Of a stretch of DNA of 22,905 nt, positions 8,246 to 15,810 are shown piece after piece. The DNA lies in the NCBI GenBank assembly GCA_043803815.1, contig JAZDJR010000030.1:1-22905 (forward strand), given 5' to 3'. This stretch comes from Candidatus Micrarchaeota archaeon. GTDB taxonomy: Archaea; Iainarchaeota; Iainarchaeia; Iainarchaeales; JAGVWC01. The translations under genes and the position numbers were made by a program. Each line of letters begins with the position of its first letter. The stretch's first letter is position 1. Under the pieces are notes generated by a model. That model did not search any database. It was not told the DNA's origin and saw only the letters and a program-made list of their open reading frames with translations.

Positions 8246-8776
8246 TTACGCCCAATAAACAAGGTATATGAGACCCGGAATGGCCCAGGGAATCAAAAAC
8301 AAAATCACGACAGTGGTAACCAAAACCGTCAGCCAAACTGCCCCGATTTTGGCGACCAATGGGTTTTTTGTTTTGGGGGAAAACCATTCAAAGAAAAATA
8401 CTCCCAAAAATTCCAAGGGAAGCAATAACAGCGAGAAAAACAGGGCCAAGGCTAAAATTCGAATCAGAATAAGGCCGTAGGCAAACAATTGTTCGCCAAG
8501 GCCGGATTGCAAAGCTTGCGGAACGGTTCCCAAATCGCTTTCGCGGACCCCAATGCCTGCGGGAACAAAATACGCAAATATTAATACCACTAAAACCACC
8601 AAGTATGTGGTGAACAAAGCGGAGCGCAGCCAGGATTGCTTGTAACGCTTGGAAAAAAATCGGTGAAGCGGAGAAACCAAAAGCACGATTGCGATAATGG
8701 GCAGGCAATACAAAATCGTACCAACCAAAAGCGAAAACAGGGATGAAACCGCGTTTGAAACAAAATCGGCTGCCAT
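8246..8776 (-). CDS. Hypothetical polytopic membrane protein (176 aa, about 4-5 TM)
   Basis: Strongly hydrophobic segments. I prefer ATG 8776 (MAADF) with its GGTG SD, because the track extension to 8947 runs through a repeat region and the divergent gene. Confidence 0.85.
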   Translation of the reverse strand: MAADFVSNAVSSLFSLLVGTILYCLPIIAIVLLVSPLHRFFSKRYKQSWLRSALFTTYLVVLVVLIFAYFVPAGIGVRESDLGTVPQALQSGLGEQLFAYGLILIRILALALFFSLLLLPLEFLGVFFFEWFSPKTKNPLVAKIGAVWLTVLVTTVVILFLIPWAIPGLIYLVYWA

Positions 8777-8816
8777 ATCAAAACACCAACAAAAAGGAAA
8801 AAGAACTATAAAATGG

Positions 8817-8889
8817 TTTTGGGTTGAAAAAAAAAGAGTTTTAGCTGAAAAAAGGATTTTGGGTTGAAAAAAGGGATTGGCTGAAAAAA
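8817..8889. repeat. Four imperfect tandem repeats (about 18-22 nt) in a divergent promoter region
   Basis: TTTTGGGTTGAAAAAAAAAGAG / TTTTAGCTGAAAAAAGGA / TTTTGGGTTGAAAAAAGGGA / TTGGCTGAAAAAA. The 16-mer TTTTGGGTTGAAAAAA is exact at 8817 and 8857. Confidence 0.75.
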
Positions 8890-9665
8890 TGGCGGACATA
8901 ATCGAATTGGGGCTATTTTTGTATTCTTTGGCTGGCAGCGCCAGCATCGGATACTGGATTTTAACGTCGTTTTGGCCTTCGATTCGGGACCGCGACCGTC
9001 AGTTTAAAACCGGCTTGTCCGTGGTGGTAGGCGGCTTGTACATTTTGCTGGTTTTTTTAATCGCCAGTTTTTTAGGGGCCGGCCATTACAACGGCTGGTC
9101 TTTTGTACAGGCATTTTTCTGGCTCGTGCCTGTTTCGTTTATCGTACTGGTCAGCATTTTGCTGGTCAAGCACATGGTTTTGGTCGGCAGGCAAATACAA
9201 TCCGGCGAAATAAACCTGTTTGCCCCAAAAATTGAAATCGCCGCGGAAACCATGCCGTTGCAGGGAAGCGCAGAACTGGTTTCCGAACTCGCAAGCACGG
9301 TTCCGGAAATCGAAAAAACCGAAGTTCCAAGCCCAAGCGTTTCCAGCGAAGAGGTTCTTCCAAAATCCGATTCGAAAAAATCGGCCGCGGATAGTTCCGT
9401 TCCTGTTTCCGAAGTCGTGCCTGGTGAAAACGAAGAGGATGTCGCAAGCGAAATTAAAAAAATCATGTCCGCGGGAAGGTTTGAAGACCAATCCAAACCC
9501 GCGGAAACGGACGAAAAAAAACAGGAATCCAAAACAGCGGATTGGTCGTTTGAAGTCAAAAACGAAATGAATTCCGATTCCCAAAAAACCGGCTTAACTC
9601 AGGAAGAAATCGAAAAAATCAAGGCCGACCTTAAAAAGAAAATCAAGGACAGCCTCGGTCCGTAG
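8889..9665 (+). CDS. Membrane protein: 3 N-terminal TM helices plus acidic low-complexity tail
   Basis: Three hydrophobic segments in the first ~100 aa, then a Glu/Ser/Lys/Pro-rich region and a short C-terminal amphipathic helix (LTQEEIEKIKADLKKKI). I prefer ATG 8889 over TTG 8877. Confidence 0.85.
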   Translation: MADIIELGLFLYSLAGSASIGYWILTSFWPSIRDRDRQFKTGLSVVVGGLYILLVFLIASFLGAGHYNGWSFVQAFFWLVPVSFIVLVSILLVKHMVLVGRQIQSGEINLFAPKIEIAAETMPLQGSAELVSELASTVPEIEKTEVPSPSVSSEEVLPKSDSKKSAADSSVPVSEVVPGENEEDVASEIKKIMSAGRFEDQSKPAETDEKKQESKTADWSFEVKNEMNSDSQKTGLTQEEIEKIKADLKKKIKDSLGP

Positions 9666-9752
9666 CCAAGGTCCGGCTTAAATCCGTCTTTAGGGAATTT
9701 GAAAATCCAAAACAGTCGGTTTTAAAATCAATAAAATCCTTGTTCGTTACCT

Positions 9753-10874
9753 ATGGCGGCTCCAGCAGACCAAAACAGCCTCTTTTCGAATCCGGGACAA
9801 GTAATCGGCCGGCTTTCGGACCAAGCCGCCAAATTTTTTTCCGAAAATACCCTGCTAATCGTTGGAATCGCCGCGGTGATTATTCTTTTAATTATTGTTT
9901 ATTTTTTCGTTTTGCGAAAACGAAAAAACCGAGAACCGGTTCCGCGGGTTCCGCACCCGCCGCGGGCCAGAGGAACCGCTGAACCGACCGAAAATATTTC
10001 TTCTTTTGGAACTCGGATTGGTTCCGATGCAACCGTCCGACAAGTGGTTGATGCAATGGCAACCGGCCAGCCGGTTGCCGGCCAAACCCAACCAGCGGTT
10101 TCTCCCGTTTCCAACCAAAACAAACAAGCGCCGATTGAAAACCCGCTTCCGCAGGTTCCAAAAAAACAGGAAAAAATGCCGCGGCGCATGAAGCGATTTG
10201 AACGCAGGGAAAACGCGGCCGGCGAAAACGCATTCAGAGGGTATTCTTCAGCGGTTCCGGCCAGGCACGGCCGAAGCGAAGAACAAATTCCAGATTTGGA
10301 TGTTTTGGCCGAAAATATCGCCGAAGATGCCCAGCGAAGCGAAGCGGTTGACCGTGAAATGCAGGAACTCCAAAAACGACTGGGCAAAATGCCCAATCCA
10401 AATTCTTCCGCCGCAACAGCAGTTTCTTCCGCGGGAACAAACGCGCAAGTCGGTTCCGGCGAAACGCCCAGCCAGCGTCATCATAGCCGAAGGATGCAAA
10501 AACAGGCCGAAACCCAAAAAGAAGAATCCTCCTCCCCCGCGGTTCCGACGGCTTCCATGGACGCGCTTTCCAAAGTCCAAAATATGGATTTTAAGGACTT
10601 GTTTGAAAACAAGGAAGGAAAAAACAAAAAAAAGAAGAACGAGCTGGACGATGTGGAAAGCGATTTGCAGGAATTGGGAGGCGACGCGGATGACAAGGAC
10701 GGGGACGGAGAGCCGGAAACCTGCCCGTCCTGCCGCAAAGAAACCGAAAAAGTGCTGTATTGCCCCGAATGCGGCAACGCGTTCTGCAAAAACTGCGCGG
10801 CGGCGTTCAAGCGCAAGGGAAATGATTCCTATTTAGTGTGCCCGAAATGCCAGACCGAAGTCAAAAGCGGCTGA
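9753..10874 (+). CDS. Single-pass membrane protein with disordered linker and C-terminal C8 zinc finger
   Basis: TM helix LLIVGIAAVIILLIIVYFFVL followed by RKRKNR. The C-terminus is CxxC-x9-CxxC-x4-CxxC-x14-CxxC (10722-10850). A TATA-like TTTTAAAA lies ~30 nt before the ATG. Confidence 0.9.
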   Translation: MAAPADQNSLFSNPGQVIGRLSDQAAKFFSENTLLIVGIAAVIILLIIVYFFVLRKRKNREPVPRVPHPPRARGTAEPTENISSFGTRIGSDATVRQVVDAMATGQPVAGQTQPAVSPVSNQNKQAPIENPLPQVPKKQEKMPRRMKRFERRENAAGENAFRGYSSAVPARHGRSEEQIPDLDVLAENIAEDAQRSEAVDREMQELQKRLGKMPNPNSSAATAVSSAGTNAQVGSGETPSQRHHSRRMQKQAETQKEESSSPAVPTASMDALSKVQNMDFKDLFENKEGKNKKKKNELDDVESDLQELGGDADDKDGDGEPETCPSCRKETEKVLYCPECGNAFCKNCAAAFKRKGNDSYLVCPKCQTEVKSG

Positions 10875-10903
10875 ACCGTTTTTTAAAATATTTTTTGGAA
10901 AAT

Positions 10904-12085
10904 TTAGTTGAAGCTTATTTGCAGGGATTTGGTATCCACAATCGTTCCGTTGACTTTGACATCGAAGTTGCAGGCGGTTGATGTACCTGAAGCCCGCAGA
11001 CCGCTTTTGGACACTCGAAATGTTAATTCATGCGGAGCACCGGCGTTCAGGACAAAACTCGTGGAATTCAATTCGGAAATCAGGTTGCATCCGCCGGTTC
11101 CCGCCTGAACCGATACCTGAACATTTGAGTAATCGGTGGTAGACAAATTCGTCACCCGAATTTTTCCGATGAAGTCGGTGTATTGGCCGGGAGTCGTACT
11201 CGCATTCCAAGTCAGGGAAACCGGCTGGGGAATAAACGAAGCGGTCACGTTTCCGACGGGGCCTCCGGGAATGGCGACAAACGTGGCGATTCGGCACGCA
11301 TCCTGGTTGGCATCGCAGCAATTCAATTTACCCAGCATGTATCCGGGGCTTTGCTCGATAATAGCCGCGCTGGGCCAAAGCGCAAAGTGAACTTCGCTTT
11401 CGATTTTATCAGGCGGGTCGTTTATGCCTTTGGCTTTGGCTAGGATAATATTGGAGGAAGCCTTGTTGATGTTGGGAATCGAAAACAAAAAATTGTCCAC
11501 ATCATTTTTGGTTGCGGGCTTGCAGTAATAAAAAATGTGGCAGCCGGGTTTGCCCGAGGAACACGAAACAGAGTTGTTTAGGGTGTCTTTGACATGGTTT
11601 AAGATGTCAGCCGGAGTCACGGTTCTATACCATAAAAAATACGGGTAGGGATTGATGAGCGGATTTCCGGAGTAAAAATAAAACGCGTAATCGCTGGTGG
11701 ACGCAAGCGGTTTCATGATGGCGGCGATTTGGTCGCGCAAAATCGGCGCGGTTTCGTCCATCGCGCCGTCATCCGCAAAGTCTTCCTTGACCGCGGCCAA
11801 TAAAAAATCGTATTCCGGAACCTTGTCGGTTGAAACGCACGGGTTTCCGGGTATTGCGGGGCAGCAGTCCAACGTGCACTGGGGATTTCGGGGAACGCTG
11901 GTGTACATAATGACTTTGAGCGCACTCGACGCGTAATCGCGGAACTGCTCGTTGGCGGCCTGCGTCGAGAAATTATTGCCGTACGAATTCGCAAAACCCA
12001 ATAAGAACAACGCAAGGGTGCTGGATATCAAAAAAAAGGCGAGTGCATCCGCAACGGAGGACTGGCCTTTGCAATTGAGCTTCAT
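10904..12085 (-). CDS. Large minor pilin/adhesin-like protein with class III signal peptide and C-terminal beta-rich (Ig-like) domain
   Basis: MKLNCKG|QSSVADALAFFLISSTLALFLLGF and many Cys. The C-terminal ~110 aa alternate like beta-strands (KIRVTN, VQVSV, LTFRVS, FDVKVNG). ATG 12085 overlaps the upstream stop (ATGA). Confidence 0.82.
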   Translation of the reverse strand: MKLNCKGQSSVADALAFFLISSTLALFLLGFANSYGNNFSTQAANEQFRDYASSALKVIMYTSVPRNPQCTLDCCPAIPGNPCVSTDKVPEYDFLLAAVKEDFADDGAMDETAPILRDQIAAIMKPLASTSDYAFYFYSGNPLINPYPYFLWYRTVTPADILNHVKDTLNNSVSCSSGKPGCHIFYYCKPATKNDVDNFLFSIPNINKASSNIILAKAKGINDPPDKIESEVHFALWPSAAIIEQSPGYMLGKLNCCDANQDACRIATFVAIPGGPVGNVTASFIPQPVSLTWNASTTPGQYTDFIGKIRVTNLSTTDYSNVQVSVQAGTGGCNLISELNSTSFVLNAGAPHELTFRVSKSGLRASGTSTACNFDVKVNGTIVDTKSLQISFN

Positions 12086-12684
12086 CTCCACACCGCCACC
12101 GCGAGCAAAGCGGGCCGGATGACTCCGTTGTCGTTAATCGCAACGGGAAAATTAATACGAAGCAGATTATAGGAAGGCGCGTTTTTTTGGGTCAATTCGT
12201 CGGAATTGTTCTGGCAAATCAATACTTGCGGTTTGGAGGGAGAACCGTAGTCAAAAAGCGGGGGCTGGCAGTTTGTCCCCAGATTTGAATTGTTGCATGG
12301 GTCGTGTCCCTGCTGTTCCTTGAAAAACTGGTAATCCTGGTATTGGCCGGTATTGACCGGAATCTTGAACACTACCGCGCGGTACTTGAAATTTCTGACT
12401 TCCACATTATGGCACAAGGCATTCCATTTTTCGTAATTTTCAATCAGGTTGTCGCCTTTCAGTGTTTGCCCGATGCGCAAAAGCGCGAATTTTTGGTCAA
12501 AATCGATTTTTTTTTGGTCAAAAGCGTTAAACGCAAACGCAAACGCGCCGAAAAAAATGACCAACGCAAACGTCAGCGGAATCAGAGAAGGCAAATCATC
12601 GCCGATGGGGCCGATAAAACCCTTGCGGTTTAATTTCTTTGAAAATTTTTTTGCAAAACCCGATTTTGGCTTTTTCTCTTTCAT
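12082..12684 (-). CDS. Pilin-like protein with class III-like signal peptide
   Basis: A basic leader ends in LNRKG|FIGPIGDDLPSLIPLTFALVIFFGAFAFAF. ATG 12684 (MKEKK) is preferred; the track start at 12729 is possible. Confidence 0.75.
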   Translation of the reverse strand: MKEKKPKSGFAKKFSKKLNRKGFIGPIGDDLPSLIPLTFALVIFFGAFAFAFNAFDQKKIDFDQKFALLRIGQTLKGDNLIENYEKWNALCHNVEVRNFKYRAVVFKIPVNTGQYQDYQFFKEQQGHDPCNNSNLGTNCQPPLFDYGSPSKPQVLICQNNSDELTQKNAPSYNLLRINFPVAINDNGVIRPALLAVAVWR

Positions 12685-12790
12685 TGAAACCCCGAAAAAA
12701 TAATTAATCGATTTTTTTGATTTTCGCATTATGGATTTTTTTTGATTCCGATTTTTTATTTCCGTTTTATTGTTTTTTTTGACTCTTGTT

Positions 12791-13492
12791 TTACGGGCTG
12801 CAGTTGAACACTCCGTTTCGGCCCGGCTCGTTTTTGACTCCGATGAATCCGCCCGGTTTTCCGTTGATTAAAATATCAAAGTAGTCGTTGCAGTAATCAT
12901 TTAGCGCTGCGCTGTCGCTGGAACAGGGAACCACAAACAATGTTTCGTTGCCCTCGAATGTTTCCTTGACCAATAAAATCGAATCTGTCGGGGAAGGCGC
13001 GGACTGCGGGTCGAGCACGCTATTGCCGTTGGGGTCGGTTACTTCACTGAACGAACCAATGATTGGGTTAAAGGAAAACAGCCGAATTTGGGCTTTCATC
13101 TGATAGGGCTGGCTTGCCAAAACGCGGCCTTGGGTAACGCCGGCCTTGCTTTCAAGCAGGGAATACACCAAAGTATTGGGAGAATACGACGGAAGAGTCG
13201 GGTCTGTGCCGGACTCGGGAATTTTGGATATGCGGACTTTAAAGTACACGCGGTTGGAACTGGAACCGCAGCCTTGCGAACAAAGATACGGTGGAATCGT
13301 CAGAGTGGATACATTGCACAGGTTTTGCGAGTTGACGTTGGTGCGCGTGTCTTCGGCAAAACGCGACAAAATCTGGCTCGCTTTGCGGTCGACCACGGAC
13401 TGGTCGACAAAAAACGAAAAATACGCGACAATGGCGAAAATCGCGGTGACCATAATCAGCAGGTTAAGCTTGCTTAGAATAAAGTCCAGCAT
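12791..13492 (-). CDS. Pilin-like accessory protein lacking a cleavable leader
   Basis: Begins MLDFILSKLNLLIMVTAIFAIVAYFSFF, followed by an amphipathic helix and a Cys-containing beta domain. It lies within the pilin cluster. Confidence 0.75.
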   Translation of the reverse strand: MLDFILSKLNLLIMVTAIFAIVAYFSFFVDQSVVDRKASQILSRFAEDTRTNVNSQNLCNVSTLTIPPYLCSQGCGSSSNRVYFKVRISKIPESGTDPTLPSYSPNTLVYSLLESKAGVTQGRVLASQPYQMKAQIRLFSFNPIIGSFSEVTDPNGNSVLDPQSAPSPTDSILLVKETFEGNETLFVVPCSSDSAALNDYCNDYFDILINGKPGGFIGVKNEPGRNGVFNCSP

Positions 13493-13529
13493 TCAAACCG
13501 TAAAACAAGACGGGTTTGAAGTATAAAAA
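13492..13529 (-). promoter_or_regulatory. Putative promoter with inverted repeat between TATA box and start codon
   Basis: Minus-strand TTTTTATA at 13529-13522. The IR is TTCAAACC (13492-13499) / GGTTTGAA (13513-13520). Confidence 0.5.
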
Positions 13530-13569
13530 AGCCGCGTTGGACTTGAAAAAATCGTTTTTTGGTTATCGG

Positions 13570-13827
13570 TTATTCAAATTGCTTGTACCATTTTTCGTAT
13601 TGCTTGTGGCTTCCGGCAAACAGTATTTCGCGTGTTTTTTGCTTTTCCCGAAAACAAATGCGGTATTGCCCGGCTTCGACCACAAAAATCGGAACGCCGT
13701 GCTTTAAGTGGCGTGCCGTAATCAGGTGTTGGAGTTTTAGGATTTTTTTCAAAAGAATTTGCTGAACGGACGTATCCAATTTGGAAAAAAACTCGTCCCA
13801 CCCCGCCGCATACAACAATTCAAACAC
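13570..13827 (-). CDS. Type II TA toxin, RelE/ParE superfamily
   Basis: 85 aa, basic. The pattern FFSKLD..VQQILLKKI, GQYRICF, ILFAGSHKQYEKW fits the RelE/HigB fold. It lies 3 nt downstream of the antitoxin. Confidence 0.85.
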   Translation of the reverse strand: MFELLYAAGWDEFFSKLDTSVQQILLKKILKLQHLITARHLKHGVPIFVVEAGQYRICFREKQKTREILFAGSHKQYEKWYKQFE

Positions 13828-13830
13828 GGC

Positions 13831-14100
13831 TTATCCCTTAAAACCGTATTTTTTCATTACCTGCTCTTGGGTGAATACTTTTCGTTTGCCGCTGTCGATT
13901 TCGTCGGATACCTGTTTGGCTTTTCGAAACGCCAATTCGTCTTCGAGCTCCCTGAGGTTTTTGTACACGTGATGCTCCTTGGCCAGCTCCAAAACGCCCT
14001 GGCGAATCACTTCGCTGCGCGTCTTATACAAGCCCGACTTGGTCAATCGCTCGATAATCAGTTCCTGCGCGGCATCAAACCGCACCAAGGTTTCACCCAA
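13831..14100 (-). CDS. Ribbon-helix-helix antitoxin (CopG/ParD-like)
   Basis: TLVRF strand, IERLTKSGLYKTRSEVIRQGV helices and C-terminal EIDSGKRKVFTQEQV. TTG 14100 behind an AGGTGG SD is preferred over GTG 14109. Confidence 0.85.
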   Translation of the reverse strand: MGETLVRFDAAQELIIERLTKSGLYKTRSEVIRQGVLELAKEHHVYKNLRELEDELAFRKAKQVSDEIDSGKRKVFTQEQVMKKYGFKG

Positions 14101-14107
14101 AAAAACC

Positions 14108-14142
14108 ACCTATCAAAATGATAGGTCAAAAACTATATAAAA
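14108..14142 (-). promoter_or_regulatory. TA promoter with palindromic operator
   Basis: Perfect IR ACCTATCA-aaa-TGATAGGT (14108-14126) lies just downstream of minus-strand TTTTATATA (14142-14134). Confidence 0.75.
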
Positions 14143-14157
14143 CCATGGGAAACCCGG

Positions 14158-14721
14158 TTAATTTTTGAGATAAACGCAAAACGTGGGCACCGAGCCCGAA
14201 CCGACGGTCTTGTTGACAATGGAATACGAGCCGCCGGGAATCAGGTAGCCGGTTTCCCCGTTTCCGATGTCTGTACTTGCGCCGACCTTAAAATCAATCA
14301 GGCTGTAGCCCGGTTTCACGTCGCAAGGAGGAGTGGGCGAAAAATTCGAGTATACGGGAACGCCTTCAATGCACAGGTCCTTGTTAAACGATTCGGACTG
14401 AAACGTAAAAAAAAGGCATTCGGTGTATACGCGGCTGCAAATTGCGGCGCAGCGGGCCTGCTGGCTGACCACGTTGAACAATAATTTTTTGGGTTTTTTA
14501 AACGACAAATTCGGGGAAAAAACAATGGACGCGGAATTTCCGTTGTTCGCGTTTTGAACGGCCTGAATAAGCTTGGTCATCTGGTCGTTGAGCTGGGACT
14601 CGGCCTGACGTTTGGTGACATAATCGATGGCTTGGGCGGCCATGAACAGGACAAATCCCATAATGACAACGGCAACCAGCACTTCAAAAGGAGCGGCTTC
14701 CTGGCCTCGTTGGTTTTTCAT
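14158..14721 (-). CDS. Pilin with class III signal peptide
   Basis: MKNQRG|QEAAPFEVLVAVVIMGFVLFMAAQAI, with six Cys in the globular domain. Confidence 0.88.
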   Translation of the reverse strand: MKNQRGQEAAPFEVLVAVVIMGFVLFMAAQAIDYVTKRQAESQLNDQMTKLIQAVQNANNGNSASIVFSPNLSFKKPKKLLFNVVSQQARCAAICSRVYTECLFFTFQSESFNKDLCIEGVPVYSNFSPTPPCDVKPGYSLIDFKVGASTDIGNGETGYLIPGGSYSIVNKTVGSGSVPTFCVYLKN

Positions 14722-14727
14722 TTGGTT

Positions 14728-14898
14728 TCACGCGGCTTTTTCTTTAACGGTCTTGATTTGCTGCTGCGAACTCTTGAACATGGGCTTGACTACGGTAATC
14801 AGCAACAGCGCTGCAATAATCAGGACGATTAGCATGTAAAGCGAGTTCCATTCGCTTTGGCAGCGCTTTTCGGACAGCATGCGGCCGAGGTCTTTCAT
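14728..14898 (-). CDS. Very short (56 aa) Flp-like pilin, not in ORF track
   Basis: MKDLGRMLSEKRC|QSEWNSLYMLIVLIIAALLLITVVKPMFKSSQQQIKTVKEKAA*. It ends 6 nt before the next pilin start, and a TATA-like ATTAAATA lies ~25 nt upstream. Confidence 0.82.
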   Translation of the reverse strand: MKDLGRMLSEKRCQSEWNSLYMLIVLIIAALLLITVVKPMFKSSQQQIKTVKEKAA

Positions 14899-14949
14899 AC
14901 CATTACCATAGGCAGTAACCGCTATTTAATGATTTTTGGGGCCTTAAAA

Positions 14950-15058
14950 CCGGAAAAAACAATCTGAAAAAAATAATCAAAATCCAAAAAAAAGCGGGTT
15001 AAAAAGCGAAAATTAAATAAAAAAAATAATTAAAAAATAAAAAAAGGAAAAAAGGGAG
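14950..15058 (-). terminator. Oligo-U-rich terminator region downstream of the putative major pilin
   Basis: Long runs of A on + (U in the minus-strand transcript) follow the stop at 15060 directly. Confidence 0.55.
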
Positions 15059-15059
15059 T

Positions 15060-15578
15060 TTATCCCTTGACGATTCCAATGATGCAGTAAACGTTCGCGG
15101 TTGTTGGTGCTCCAGTGGCCCACTTGACGTTGGAAATTGGCATCGTAGCAATGCCCAATTGGTCGCTGAACGATTTTATGACATTGACGCGGGTATCATC
15201 CAGGCAAAAGGCCACAACTTTGACATCGCGCGCACTGTTTCCGGTATAACGTAATACGCCATTTGTATGATTAAAGAATCCTGTAAGAGCAGCATCAACC
15301 GCAGTGCCGACTTGTTTGTTATCAATTCCAAGTTCGGGCCCTCCAACTGTATAACTGACCACGTCGTCCGCAACCACCTTGATTTTTTCGGATGTAATCA
15401 TGGTGCCTTGGCTGGTTTTGGCCTGGCTTAATTTGTCGCGCGCAATCACGGCGACTTTTTGTCCCGGCGGGCTGATAAGATTCAAAATCCCAAGCAATAC
15501 GCCCAGAATCGCGATTGCAATGACCGCGGAAATCAATAACTGGAAAACGCCCGAACCCTGTCCTTTTCGATTAACCAT
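15060..15578 (-). CDS. Pilin with class III signal peptide, candidate major pilin
   Basis: MVNRKG|QGSGVFQLLISAVIAIAILGVLLGIL. A strong GAGGTG SD, its own TATA box and a U-rich terminator suggest a separate, highly expressed unit. Confidence 0.9.
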   Translation of the reverse strand: MVNRKGQGSGVFQLLISAVIAIAILGVLLGILNLISPPGQKVAVIARDKLSQAKTSQGTMITSEKIKVVADDVVSYTVGGPELGIDNKQVGTAVDAALTGFFNHTNGVLRYTGNSARDVKVVAFCLDDTRVNVIKSFSDQLGIATMPISNVKWATGAPTTANVYCIIGIVKG

Positions 15579-15623
15579 GCTTGCACCTCAAGTAAACAAA
15601 CTCTTCTATGAAGGCGTTTTTAG

Positions 15624-15632
15624 TATATAAAT
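15624..15632 (-). promoter_or_regulatory. Putative TATA box of the candidate major pilin gene
   Basis: Minus strand AAAATTTATATAC about 45-50 nt upstream of ATG 15578. Confidence 0.55.
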
Positions 15633-15810
15633 TTTGGGGTGACAATGGCGGCCGGTCTTATCCCGAAATAAGGTCATCTCTGGAAATTTAGCAAAGTCCG
15701 AAAAGGCCTTGATTTAAAAACTTTTAATCCGAGAACCGAACCGGATTTTACCCCGCTTCTTTTATAGTACTTTATTCCTTGTAGAAAACGAATCCGCCGA
15801 AGGAAATCGC

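Noticed and set aside
8817-8889. Repeats as a mini CRISPR array
   Set aside because: The units are short, degenerate and contiguous, with no unique spacers and no cas genes.
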